Below are positions 12,365-26,800 of a DNA stretch of 64,000 bases, one piece after another. Numbering within the stretch: the first letter of the stretch is position 1; every line of letters begins with the position of its first letter. The notes beneath the pieces are model-generated. The model saw nothing but the letters and a program-made list of their open reading frames with translations, was not told the DNA's origin and searched no databases. The position numbers were made by a program, and so were the translations under genes. This DNA is from Malacoraja senta (taxonomy: Eukaryota), in the NCBI GenBank assembly GCA_038087875.1, contig JAXLNO010000182.1, positions 1 through 64,000 on the forward strand, given 5' to 3'.

Positions 12365-14020
12365 AGGAACAGACAATAGGTGCAGGAGTAGGCCATTCAA
12401 CCCTTCGAACCAGCACCGCCATTCTCTGTGATAATCGCTGATCATCCACAATCAGTACCCCGTTCCTGCCTTCTCACCATATCCCTTGAATATGCTATCT
12501 TTATGAGCTCTATCTAACTCTCTCATTAAAGCATCCAGAAAATTGGCCTCCACCGCCTTCTGAGGCAGAGTATTCCATAGATTCACAACTCTCTGGGTGA
12601 GAAAAGTTTTTCCTCATCTCCATTCTAAATGGCCTACCCTTTATTCTTAAACTGTGGGCCCTGGTTCTGGACTCCCCCAATGACGGTAGCATGTTTCCTG
12701 CCTCTAGCATGTCCAATCCCTCAATAATCTTATATGTTTCAATAAGATGCCCTCTCATCCTTCTCATTTCCAGTTGTTACAAGCCCAGTCGCTCCATTGA
12801 TTCCATTGACTGTCCCGCCATCCCGGGAATTAACCTCGTGAACCTACACTGCACTCACTCAATAGCAAAAATGTCCTTCCTCAAATGTGGAGACCAAAAC
12901 TGCACACAATACTCCAGGTGTGGTATCACTAGGGCCCTGTACAACTGTAGAAGGAACTCTTTGCTCCTATAATCAACTCCTCTTGTTATGAAGGCCAACA
13001 TGCCATTCGCTTTCTTCACTGCCTGCTGTACCTGCATACTTACTTTCACCGACTGGTGATCACCCAGATCACGTTGTACTTCGCCTGTTCCTAACATGAC
13101 ACCATTCAGATAATAATCAGCTTTCCTGTTCTTGCCTCCAAAGTGGATATTCTCACATTTATCCACATTAAACTGCATCTGTCATTGAACTGCCCACTCA
13201 CCGAACTTGTGCAAGTCACCATGCATCCTCATAGCATCCTCCTCACAGTTCACACTGCCACCCAGCTTTGTGTCATCTGCAAATTTGCTAATCCCTTCAT
13301 CTAAATCATTGATGTATATTGTAAATAGCTGCAGTCCCAGCACCGAGCCTTGCGGTACCCCACTAGTCACTGCCTGCCATTCTGAAAGGGACCCGTTAAT
13401 CTCTACTCTTTGTTTCCTGTCTGCCAACCCATTTTCTATCCATGTCAGTACCTCACCCCCTTTACCATGTGCTCTAATTTTTCCCACTAATCACCTATGT
13501 GGGACCTTATCAAAGGCTTTCTGAAAGTTCAGGTACACCACATACATGTCCAGTTGTCCCCTTGTCCAGTTTTCTAGTTACATCCTCAAAAAATTACAGA
13601 AGATTAGTCAAGCATGATTTCCCCTTCGTAAATTCATGCTGACTCCGACCAATCCTATTAGTGCTATCCAAATGTGCCACTATTTCATCTTTTATAATTG
13701 ACTCCAGCATCTTCCCCACCACCAATGTGAGGCTAACTGGTCTATACTTCCCTGTTTTCTCTCTCCCTCCATTCTTATAAAGTGGGCTATCATTAGCTAC
13801 CCTCCAATCCACAGGAACTGATCCTGAATCTATGGAACATTGGAAAATGATCACCAATGCGTCCATGATTTCTAGAGCCACTTCCTTAAGTACCCTGGGG
13901 TGCAGACCATCAGGCCCAGGGATTTATCAGACTTCAATCCCATCAGTCTATCCAACACCATTTCCTGCCTAATGAGGATTTCTTTCACTTTCTCCGTCAC
14001 CCGAGGTCTTCTGACCACAA
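12365..14020 (-). mobile_element. CR1 LINE ORF2 fragment (frameshifted), just downstream of the TRIM A stop
   Basis: ORFs 13594..13881, 13182..13487, 12855..13178 and 12510..12767 carry RT motifs ([17 protein letters not shown]). Confidence 0.92.
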
Positions 14021-14281
14021 ATGAAGATGGGCAACCTCAGTGTTGATTGGCCAAAAAGATGGGTAGTGAGGGCAATTTTAATGCATAAGAATGCGATAGA
14101 GGTGTTTGACTCAGTAATTTTAGCAGATAGGGATATAAATATCTAAAAATTGAGGTAAACACTATTAATAGCAGTTTACAGGTTGAGACAGTGTTGGAAC
14201 GACACTTATCAGTGTTTAACATTGATAACTCCTGGAAGTAGGGTTGGCCGTAAAGGTTGGCCGCACATTCACCAAATAAAC

Positions 14282-14805
14282 CTATATATGCAAGTGGACT
14301 ATTTGCAATGAATCAATGTTGCAACCCGTTAAGAAGAAAGGATAGAGTTTCTCAGTGAATTTGTCCCTGAAAGTGTACAGATGTGACATGTCATCGGCAC
14401 TGTACAGTGTCATCTGGCCAGCCTCATAGTTCAGGTAGATGCCCAATCTCTGGGGTTTGACTGGAACAGGGAGGGCAGTACGTGGTGAAGACATAGTGGT
14501 ATATTCCTCTCCCAGACGCCACAATACCCAGGCACCGGATTTTGGTTCCGGTGTGAACTCCGCTTTCCTCAGTACCGATGCTTTTACCACTCCCACACTC
14601 CACATGGTGTTCCTTCCGACCTCGACCTCCCAGTAGTGGCTCCCAGTATTGAAGCCCTGAGATGCCAGGACACCGTGCCACTGCACAAATCGCTCTGGTT
14701 TATCAGGGACCTTCTGTTTAGCACCGAGTCTGATGGCTGTCAGGTCACTGGACAGAATGAGTCTCGGATGCGCAGTGTCCGGATTCAGCTTCAGTTTGAT
14801 TGGGA
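14282..14805 (-). CDS. TRIM A exon 6 (PRY/SPRY, B30.2), 524 nt including TAG
   Basis: TCTTCAG|TCCCA acceptor. Contains LNPDTAHPRLILSSD, PERF, GSHYWEVEV, WSVGV, LGIYLNYEAG and FTEKLYPFF. Confidence 0.95.
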
Positions 14806-17800
14806 CTGAAGAGGAGAAAAAAGTCTGCATGGTGAATCCACGCGATTTGCCAATCAAACATTTTGACACATTCAGTGGTTGGTTAATATACATTCATGCA
14901 CAGTAAACGAAAATGTAAAAAGAAACTGCAGGTGCTGGATATCTAAAATAAAAGTGGGAAATGTCAGAAGATGCTGTTTTCATTTTGCTCAGTTCTGAAC
15001 ACAGGTCGCAGATCTGAAACATTACCCGTTTTCTGTTTAGTTTAGTTTAGTTTGGAGATACGGCACGAAAACAGGCCGGTTAACCCACCTACCAGTGATC
15101 CCCGCACATTAACGCTATCCTACACACACTGGGAATAATTTTACACATACACAAAGCCAATTAACCTACAAACCTGTACATCTTTGGAGTGTGGGAGGAA
15201 ACGGAAGATCTCGGAGAAAACCCACGCGGTAACGGGAAGAACGTACAAACTCCGTACAGACAGCACCCGTAGTCGGGATCGAACCCGGGTCTGTGGTGCT
15301 GCAAGAACTGTAAGGCAGCAACTCTACCACTGCGCCACCGTGCCGCTCCGAACATATCACATTTAGAACATATAGCAGTACAGCACAAGAACTGTCTACC
15401 GTATTCATGCTGAACATGATGCCAAGTTAAACTAAGCTTCTCCGCCTACATGTTATCCATATCCCTACATATCCATGTGCACATCCAAAACACCACAGTC
15501 ACATCTGTCTCCACCACCGCTGGCAGCAAATTCCAGGTACCCACCACCCTCCGTGTAAAATATTTGGCCCGCACATCACCTTTAAATGTTGCCTCTCTCA
15601 CCATTCAGTTATGCCCGCTGGCTGGAAGAGGGAGGTGGAATGGCACAGAGCCTAGCAAGTGATTTAGTTTAGTCTATTTTAGAGAAACATCATGGAAACA
15701 GGCCCTTCGGCTCAACGAGTCCACGTCAACCACTGGTCACCCGTACTAGTTCCATCCTACACACTAGGGACAATTTACACAATACAATTAAGCTACAAAC
15801 CTGCACGTCTTTGTAATGTGGTTGGAAACTCCACGCGGTCACAGGGAGAATGTACAAACTATATACAGACAGCACCCGTAGTCAGGATCGAACCCAGGAC
15901 TCTGGAGCTGTAAGGCATCAACTCTACCTCTGCGCCACCATGCAGCCCAGGTGATAGGTGGATATAGGTAAAGAGGGTGGGGGAGGGGAGTCACTACAGA
16001 TACTACAGATACTTTCAAACTCTGTGAACTCAGATCTTTAAACTGTTAGTTCAGGCCCCAGGATTACCAGCCATGTTACATATCTGGTGAATCGCTATTG
16101 GACCTGTGGGCTGGCCCGGCCCAAATGTGTAGGAAGGAGCTGCAGGTGGTAATTTACACTGAAGATAGACACAAGATGCTGGAGTAACTCAGCGGGTCAG
16201 GCAGCATCTCTGGATTAAAGGAATAGGTGACGGTTCAGGACAAAACTTTTCTTCAGACTGGACCAAATGTGTCAACTTTTTCTCATACCTCTATCAAAAT
16301 CTCTTCCATATTTCATTCACCATAATTCCTCGACTCTACCGGAAGATAAATTTACCTGGATTAATTAGCTTCAGCATCCGCTTCCACAGGTTGAACTGAA
16401 AGGGGCCGCTGATATCATCTTGCCTGAGGTCAATGGAAACTCTGGCGGGCCTCTGGAACTGCATGTTTTCACACCTGTGTTGGAAATAAAAAGTATCGCT
16501 GAGATGTAAAAGTAGAATGATACACCCTATCTATGATCTCACTTTATATACGTATCAGCACTGCCCGCAACTTCTGACTGTTCACAGACTACTATCCAAG
16601 ACAGGTCTTAGGGAAATATGAACAACATATATGAGAAATGTATAAATCAAGTTATTCTATGCGTTGATTGGGGATAGTTATTGACCACAGTATATCAAGG
16701 AGGAATTTTCAGTTGTTTTTTTTATAGTATTCTGCAAGGACTACCTCAGCAAGCAAATGGAGACCTCAAACAAAATGCAGCACTTCTGATAGTATTGTAC
16801 TCCCTGTACTGCATCCCAAATCCTGGACACTCCACTCGTCACTTTAATTTCATGTTTCATGTATCTTGTGTTTTATGACTGTTGGCGGACCAATTTCCCT
16901 CCTGGGATAAATAAAGTTCTATTGTATTGTATCATATCTCATCCCTTGCACATGAGACATTGGTTTTATTATCCATTGCTTCACAGCCACTAGATATTAA
17001 CCTTCTCCATGGGTAATGGATATTCCTTCTGAACTGTATGTGTTAGAGGAATTAAGTGTGAAGAATTTGTTGAAGGTGTGGAAAAGATGTACAATAACAG
17101 TGACTTGGTTACATTGATTAGAAGGACTGGAGCCTCGGGGGCTTCCCAGGTAACGGGCAGGATAGGAGAGAGAAGCAGCGTTTTCCCAGTCTTTCCCAGT
17201 ATTGATGAAGTGTTATTGACCTGAAATGTTGTCCCTGTTTCCCCATCTTTAGATGCTGCTTGATCTGTTGAGTTCTCTGAGCAGTTCTTGTTTCTCCAAT
17301 TGAATTTTTCAATTGTAGGTAATTACCCTCCCTACTGCCTCTCTCTTCTCCGCACCCAACCCAGTACATCCCATTTCCCCCCCTACTCTTGGCAACACAA
17401 GTGGATAGAGTGGTAAACAAAGCATGTTATATGCTTGTTTTCATTGATCAACTCATTGTGCATGGGTCGTTGCATTTAGTTCATTGTCACATTGTACTGA
17501 AGTTCAATGAAAAGCTTTTCTTGCATGCTAACTAGTCAGCAGAAAAACAATAGATGATTATAAACGAGCCATCCACAGTGTAGATACATGATAATAGGAA
17601 TAATGTTTAGTGCAAAATAAATTCCAGTCATGAAGTCATGATGCAGGTTTATTAGACATTAGTTAGGCCACATATGGAGGATTGCATGCAGTTCTGCTCA
17701 TCCCTTTACCCAGAAGATATGGAGGCTCTGGAAAGGTTTATCGGAATGATACCTGGATTAGGTGGTATTTTCCATAGCCATTTGACAGACTTGGATTATT

Positions 17801-20800
17801 TTCTCTGGAACATCAGAGGTTAAGGGGAGACCTAATAGAATTATATAAAATTATGAGGAGCATGCATACGTTAGACAGTGAGAACCCTTTTCCCAGGATG
17901 TAAGTATCAAATACTGGAGGGCAGTTTTAAGGTGAGAGGGGCAAAGTATAAAAGAGATCCACGGGACAAGTTTTTTTTTACACAGAGGGCGGTGAGTGCC
18001 TGGAAAATGCTGCCAGGGGCGGTGGTGGTCGCAGATACGGTGGTGGTATTGAAGAGACTTTTGGATTCACAGGGAATGGAGGGATATTGATTATGTGCAA
18101 GCAGGTAAGGGTTTGGCCTGGCATCGTGTATGGCATAGACATTGTGGGCTGAAATGCCTGTTCTTCCATCTAGATCCCTCCCTTTTGCTTTGCATTTCAC
18201 CCATGTGCTCGTCTTACCTGACACATATTTGTTGCCTTATCTTGAGCCTGTGTCACTTATTCCACTGCCAATCAACCCCCCACCCCAACTGTATCTACCT
18301 ATCACTCGCCAGGCTTTGTCCCGCACACTACTCCTTCTCAGCTTTCTCCCGGCTACTACAATCAGTATGAAGAAGGGTCCTGGCCCGAAATGTCACCTGT
18401 CCATTCCCTCTACAGATGCCGCTGAGTTCCTCCACCACCCTGTGTTTTGCTCAAGATTTCAGCATCTGCATTTCTGTGTGTCTCTTCTTTATGTTCTGAA
18501 TTTCCAGCCCCTACAGTTTTTTGCTCCAATTAACCAAGTAATCAGTCACTTTGCATGGCATCTGTATCCAACAATGTAAAGGACTACAGGTGGAATGAGT
18601 TGCGTTAAAGAATATATAATTGTCAGCCAAATATGGACAAGAAAGCACTTACCGGCCAAGAATATTTTTAATATCCTGAAAGAGAGAAGAAGTTTGTTTT
18701 TGTTTTAGTTTTTAGTTGTGGAGATACAGCACAGAAACAGGCCCTTCGACCCACCGAGCCCGCATCGACCAGCGATCCCCGCACATTAACACTATCCTGC
18801 CCAAACTAGGGACAATTTACATTTAAACCAAGCCAATTATCTACAAAATTGTACGTCTTTTGGAGTGTGTGAGGAAACTGAAGATCTCTGAGAAAACCCA
18901 CAGAGGTCACGGGGAAAAGGTACAAACTCCGTCTTGACAGTACCCATAGTCAGGATCGAACCCGGGTCTCTGGTGCTGTAAGGCAGCAACTCTATCGCTG
19001 CACCATGCCACCTTTTATTACAACATTGCATTACAAAGATCTGTCAGAAACTTAAACAATGGTAAAAATGCATTTCCAAATTTATTGTGTAAAAACTGCG
19101 ATTAGACTTTCCACTGAGACAAGATTTGGACAGAATACATTCAATACCGAACTCATAATGCGAAATTCAACAGTAGCTCTCTCATCAGAAGCCTGTTGAT
19201 ACATTGCATAGATGGGTTTAGTTTAGTTTAGGTATACAACACGGAAATAGGCCCATTGCCTCACAAAGCCCATCCTGATCATCGATCACCCATTTGCATC
19301 AGTTCTAAGTTATTCCACTTTCCCATCCACTCCCTACACACTATTGGCAATTTTACAAAAACCAGTAAACCTACAAACCCCCACAACTTTGGCATGAGGG
19401 CGGAAACAGGAGCACCTGGAGAAAACCCACGTGGTCACAGAGAGAACATGCAATTCTCTGTTGGAATTCTCTCAATTGGAATTCTCTGCCTCAGAGGGAG
19501 GTGGAGGCAGGTTCTCTGGATGCTTTCTAGAGAGAGCTGGAAAGGGCTCTTAAAGATTCAGGGAATATGGGGAAAAGGCAGGAACGGGGTACTGATTGGG
19601 GATGATCAGCCATGATCACATTCAATGGCGGTGCTGGCTTGAAGGGCCGAGTGGCCTACTCCTGCACCTATTGTCTATTGTCAAACTCTGCACGGACAGT
19701 GCCCAAGCTCAAACTGCGAAAGGAAAATGGACAAGCACATCTGATCAGGCAGCATCTGTGGCAAGAGTAACGCAGAGTTAATGTTTAGTTTAGTTTAGTT
19801 TAGAGATACAATGCGGAAACAGGCCCTTCAGCCCACTGAGTCCGCACCAACCAGCGATCCCCCGCACATTAACACTATCGCACTGGGGACAATTTACACT
19901 GATACCAAGCCAATCTTCAGGTTAATAATGTTAACTCTGTTTCTTTCTTCAGCAATATTTTAGGTTTCTATTTTTGATTTTCTGCATTTGCTTGTCAACC
20001 ACAGCTTGCCTAGGGGGCACAATTTTAATTTGTACACGGTGGGTGGTGGGTACCTTGAACGCACAGCCAAAGGTGGTTTATTAGTTTAGTTTAGAGATAC
20101 AATGCGGAAACAGGCCCTTCAGCCCACAGAGTCTACACCGACCACCAATCCCCGCACATTAACACTCCCCTACACACATTAGGAACAATTTGTAATTTTA
20201 CCAAGCCAATTAACCTACAAACTGTGCGGGATGAAACTGAAGATCTCGGAGAAACCCACGCAGGTCACGGGAGAACATACAAAGTCCGTACAGACAGCAT
20301 CCGTCTTCAGGATGGAACCCGGGTCTCTGGCGATGTGAGGCAGTGGTGCTACCGCTGCGCCACCGTGCTGCCATAGGTCGTGGTGCACGTTGATAAAATA
20401 GCAGCATCTAAGTGGCGTTTAGATAGGCACATGGATATGCAGGGCATGGAGGGATATGGATCATGTACAGACTGAAGAGATTAGTTTAGCTTGGAATCAT
20501 ATTCAGCTGTGAGATTGTGGGTTGAAAGGTCTGTTCCTGTGCTATGTCCCAAGTTCTATCGTTTATTAACAGAAAAACCGACTGTTAAAATTGAAGCTCA
20601 CAGATCTGAGGAAATGATTCTTTGGTGCAGTAAACCTCTATTATTTCACGTTCTGACTATTTGGAAATCCTGATGCATCCAATTTGCCACATCACGTGCT
20701 GATTTCCCTGTTCCTTTTAACGCACCGGGATCTTAGTCACCATTGATAGACACAAAATGTTGGTGTACCTCAGTGGGACAGGCAGCATCTCTGGAGAGAA

Positions 20801-23800
20801 GGAATGGGTGATGTTTCGGATCGTGACCCTTCTTCAGATTGAGTCAGGGGAGGGGGGAGATACAGAGATAAGGAAGTGTAAGGTGTGTGAACGAGACATC
20901 AAAGGGGGTGATCAAGGAAAATGTCGAATAGATCATTGTTAGCTAGGAGATGGTAACAACAAAGCAAACAGAGATAAAATGTTAAAGAAGGAACTGCAGA
21001 TGCTGGAAAATCGAAGGTACACAAAAATGCTGGAGAAACTCAGCGGGTGCAGCAGCATCTATGGAGCGAAGGAAATAGGCAACGTTTCGGGCTGAAACCC
21101 TTCTTCAGAGATAAAATGTAATCATGGAAAATCAAACTGGTCGGAGTTCTGGGAAGGGGGAGGGGTGGAGAGAGAGGGAAAGCAAGGGTTACTTGAAGTT
21201 AGAGAAGTCAAACTATCTTTGGTTTAAACTAGCATCTGCAGTTCCTTCCTACTCTTAGTTGCCATTCTTCCTTTAGCATTCTGCTGCTAAATTTCCACAC
21301 TTACAGAACAGCACAACACAATACTGGAGCAGGCCCTTTGGCCCACAATATCGGTGCCAAACTTGTTGCCAAGATAGACTAATCTCATCTGCCTGCATGT
21401 GACCATGACATGCCTGTCTAAAAGCCCATAAACACCAGTATTGGACCTGCATCCACCACCACACCCCTGGTCGTGCATTCCAGGCACCAACCACCCTCGA
21501 TTGTCCTACACATCTCCTTTCAATATTTTCTCCTCACCATAAAGCTATGCCCTCGAATCTTTCATATTTCCACCATAGGAAAGGTTTCTGACCCTCCACC
21601 CTTTGGCTTTCTTGACTTTATCTACTTCCATCAGGTCTCTCCTCAACCGGCAGTCCAGAGAAAACTATCCACGTTTGTCCATCCTCGTCGGATACTAATT
21701 CCCTGTAATCCAGGCATCATTCTGGTAAACATCTAGTGCATTCTCTCCAAGCCCTCTACATACTTCTTATATTGGGGTGTCCACAACTGCACATAATACT
21801 CCAAATGAGGTCTAACCAAAGTGCTAAAAATCTGCATCATGTCTTCCCGACACTTCTACTCAATGCCCAACTAGTCTTTTCCTTTTCACTGGATGGCAGA
21901 GCTTGGGTCTGATGTGATTCTGTGTGCTGATTGTGTCTATAAGCTTGTGATGGTGCAGGAATCAAAATTTTCATTGTATCTGTCCTTCACTCTACATATT
22001 CATATGACAATAAACTCAACTTGACTTAACCAGTCTCACTTAAAACTCACCTGGGCCCCACTCCCCATCCATGCTTCCTTGAAACTTGCCTTGTTCTGCT
22101 TCTAGTGCTCTGTTTAAATGTACCTGGTTAACTGGAATAGACACAAAAATCTGGAGTAACTCAGCGGGCGAGGCAGCATCTCTGGAGAGAAGGAATAGGT
22201 TTTGGGTCGAGACCCTTCTTCAGACTGAGTGTCAGGGGAAAGGGAAACGAGAGATGTGGAAGGTACATAGAAGAAATGAATGAAAGATATGCAAAAAGCA
22301 ACGATGATCAAGGAAAGGTGTAGCCCACAATGGTCCATTGTTGTCTGTGGGGTCGGTGATAATGAGTTAACGGGAATGTTATTCTACATATCATCTATAA
22401 AAAACGATGATTTAAAACAGTGCAAAGCACAAAGTGCCCAATGAATTCAGCAGATCATGCAGCATCTGTAGAGGGGGAAAGGATACATGATGAATTGGGT
22501 TGGGACCTCCTCTAGACTGACTCAGACTTAATTAGTGTACATAGTGCTGTTATAACTCAGCAGATCAAGCAGCATGTTTGATGGTGCTTGACCTGCTGAT
22601 CTATTCTAGAACTTTGTATCCTCTTGTGGAAACCAGCATCAGCAATTTCTTGTTTCGAAGTGTGTTGGAGTATTAATGAATACGATCCAAGAGTCTAGAA
22701 AAGCTGCTATATTGGTTTAGGTTTAGAGATTGAATGCGGAAATAGGCCCTTCCTTTTTTTTTTTTTTTTAATATTTTTTTATTGGAGATACGTACACAAC
22801 CTAGTTACATCATTACAGTCTTACATTTTTAAATTGATAATATTGTCAATTATTATTACATTGTCTCCAATACCTTTTGCCTTTTTTTTTAAGCTAACTA
22901 GAACTAAAGAGAAAGATGAAGTAAAGAAAGAAAAGAGAAGAAAAACAAAAACAAAAAAAAAAATAAAGAAAAAAGAAAAAAGATAGTTAAAGAAGAATGG
23001 AAAAATTTATTAAAATAGAAAACTTCATTCGAGATATATTCGTACATTTCTAAATATAGCATTTCATCCATTCTTTAGCCCGGGTGCTAGTCAGGTTCCT
23101 GTGCTGAACTGTTCTGACCCTTTAAGTAATCAATAAAAGGAGACCATGTTCCAACGAATAATTCCTGTTTGTCCAACAGGGAGAATCTGATTCTTTCCAC
23201 GTTTAAGGTCTCCGTCATTTCTATAATCCACATTTTGATTGTGGGGGTCGTAGGGCCTTTCCAAAATTTTAGAATTAATTTTTTTCCTGTTATTAAACTA
23301 TAATCAATAAAGTTTCTTTGTGTTGTTCTAAATGTTTGATTTAGTTCTAATATTCCAAGTATTATTAATTTTGGATCTGGGTCCAATTGTGTGCTGGTTA
23401 CTTTAGATATTATACTGAAAATATTTACCCAGAATTTTTTAATTTTTATACAGTTTGCAAACATATGAGATAAGGTAGCTTCTAAATGTTGACATTTATC
23501 ACATATAGGTGAGATATGTTGAAAAATTTTATGTAGTTTTGTTTTTGAATAATGTAACCTATGTATTACTTTAAATTGTATTAGAGAATGTCTGGCGTTT
23601 AATGAACATTGATGTATGTGTTGTAAACTTTCTTCCCAAGTATCTTTCGTTATTATTTGATTTAATTCTTTTTCCCATGTTTGTCTGTGTAAGTCCGTCG
23701 ATGGAATGTCACTGTCTAATAAGATATTATATATATAAGATATTAATTTTTCTGTATTAGGATGTTTGTTCCAACATTCATCAAGAATTTCTGAATTTCT

Positions 23801-26800
23801 AATTCGAAAATTTTGAGTATTCGATTTTACATAATCTCTAAGTTGAAGATATCTGAAATAATCATTTCCTCGAAGTCCATAAGTCTGTTGCAACTCCTGA
23901 AATGTCAGAAAAGTGCCTTCCTTGTAAAGTTGTCCCATATTTTTAATTCCATAATTCTTCCATTGTGTAAAACCCCCGTCCAACCATGAAGGCTTAAACA
24001 AAGGGTTATTCACAATTGGAAGAAAAAGTGATAAATTATCTAATTTTAATGTCTTTTTTAATTGTTTCCAAATTCGTATAGCACTAAATATTATAGGGTT
24101 TTCCCTATAATTTTTTTTGTTTAATTTAGACGTAGCAAATAATATCGAACCGATATCAAAAGGTAAACAATCTTCCTTTTCCATTTTTAACCAGTCTGGT
24201 TGATGATCTATTTCTTCCAACCAGAAATTCATATTTTTAATATTAACTGCCCAGAAATAAAACAAAAAGTTGGGTAAAACCAAGCCTCCATTTATTTTTG
24301 ATTTACACAAATGTCTTTTGTTTATCCTATGATTCTTATAATCCCAGATAAAATCATTAACAATAGAGTCCAGTTTTTTAACTGCGGAAATAGGCCCTTC
24401 CGACCACTGAGTCCGCGCCTACCAGCGATCCTCGCACATTGACACTACCCTACACACACTAGGGACAATTTACATTTCTACGAAGCCAATTAATCTACAA
24501 ACCTGCACGTCTTTGGAGTGTGAGAGGAAACCGAAGACCTCGGAGATAACCCACGCGGTCACGGGGAGAACGTACAAACTCCGTACAGACAGCACCCATA
24601 GTCGGGATCGAACCTGGATCTCTGGCGCTGTAAGTGCTGTAAGGCGGCAACTATACCGCTGCGCCACCTTGCCACCCATTCTGGGACTGGTGCTGCCAAA
24701 GTTCTGAATGTGGACTGATGGAGTTCTCTACTCTACATTGGGTTTTAGAATCTGAATGGTAATGACATCATGTTTCCCATGTAAACAATAGACAATACCT
24801 GCATAAATTCTGCATCTTCTAGACACAGTTTTCCTTGCATGTCTGAGATTGCTTGCTTAAGTGATGCATGCTGTTCAGAGATTTTATTCAGATTTTCATC
24901 TTTTTGTTGCAATATGGCATTTTCCTTTTGCTCCAATTTTGTTTTCAGCTCTTTCTCTTCCTGGTGCAAAAACTGGTGCAGTTCTTTGAACTTAGATTCA
25001 ATGTTCTTCTGCAGAGCCGCAGATTCTTTCTGATGGAATAAACAACAGGTGCATTTACCCAGTGCAAGGTGAGAAGTGTAGTCGTGGAGCATAGAACATA
25101 AAACAGTACAGCACACGAACAGGCCCTTTGTTCCACAATGCCACAGATGAACATTATGTTAGGTTAAAACTGAAAACACACACCTCCAGATTCAGGGACA
25201 GTTTCTTCCAGCTGTTATCACACAACTGAACCATCCTCTCACTAACTAGAGAGCGGTTCTGACCAACCATCTACCTCATTTGAGACCTTTGAACTATCTT
25301 TAATCGGACTTTACCTTTCTTTTTATTTTAGAGATACAGCGTTGAAACTGGGTCTTTACCCCATCAAGTCTGTGATGACCAGTGATCACCCATACACTAG
25401 CTCTATCACACACACTGGGGACAATTTACAGAAGCCATTTAACCTACAAACCTGCACATCTTTGGAATGTGGGAGGAAACATCTTTAAGGTGAGAGGAAC
25501 AAGTTTAAAGGAGATGTGCGGTGCAAGTATTTTTATTTTCGCAAAGGGTGGTGAGTGCTTGGAATGTGCTGTTGTAAGTGGGGGTGGTTGAGGCAGATAC
25601 GTTAGTGGCATTTAAGAGGCTGTTGGGTAGGCAAGTGAATGGTGGAATATGGATAATGTGCAGGCAGATAAGAGTTGGTCCTGTCATTATATTTGGCAGA
25701 TATTGTGGGCCAAAGGGCTTATTCCTATGTCCCATGTTCTAGGATGGTGATGATTTGACACCGTGGTGCAGATTCAGTCTCCTTGTTTACAGAAGGCAGT
25801 GTTGAAAAGGTTCATTAACTTGACTCATCATTAAAAGGAGTTGTATTATATGGGAAGTGAATAAGATTCTGAGTGGAGTAGTTGACAGGTTATGTTGTAG
25901 GAAGGAAATGCAGATGCTGGTTTAAACCAAAGATACATTTCCTTATCTCTGTATCTCCCTCTCTGAATTCAGTCTGAAGAAGGGTCTCAACCCGAAACGT
26001 CCCTCATTCCTTCTATCTAGGGAGGCTGCCTGTCCCACTGTGTTACTCCAGCATTTTGTGTCTATCTTGTTGACAGGATACTTCCTCGGATTGGGACAAT
26101 CTAGAACAGGAGGTATAGATTTGGCCAATGGCTTTACCAACTGAAGGGAATAAAGAAAGAACTCTGAGTAATGAGCCCGAAGAAATGTCCTAATCCGAAA
26201 AGTCGCCTATCCGTTTCCTCCACTGATGCTGCCTGATTCCCTGAGCACCTCCAGCACTTTGTGTTTTGTTCAAGATTCCAGCATCTGCAGTTCCTTTTAT
26301 CTCCAAGGGAAAGAAAATGATTTTTGTTTGCTCAAACATTTGTGAGTCTCTGGAACACTTCAGACTGGAGAGATGTCACAGATGGTTTGATGTAATAGTG
26401 AGGTCAAAAGTTATGACTCGAAAGGCGGGCAGGCTGGATGGAGCACATGGAGACACAAGGAAATGCAGATGCTGGAATCTTGAGCCAAATACAAAGTGCT
26501 GTAGGAAATATACATCGAATGGGATTCAAGGAGAGAAAGCTGAATGGATAGAGAATTGGTTTCATGGAAGGAAGGAGAGGGTGATGGTGGAAGGTTGCTT
26601 TTTGGACTGGACGCCTGTGACTAGTGGTGTGCCTTGGGGTTCGGTGCTGGACCCATTGCTGTTTGTCATTTATAGCAAAGATATGGACAAGAACATACAT
26701 GCAGAGGGGAAAGATTTAATAGGAACCAGAGGGGTAACTTTTTTACACAACGGGTGGTAGGTGTATGGAACGAGTTGCCTGTGGAGGTAGCTAAGGCAGG

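Noticed and set aside
23087..24310. Longest ORF (407 aa) as a host gene
   Set aside because: It is an L1 ORF2 C-terminus bounded by a TSD and poly(A).
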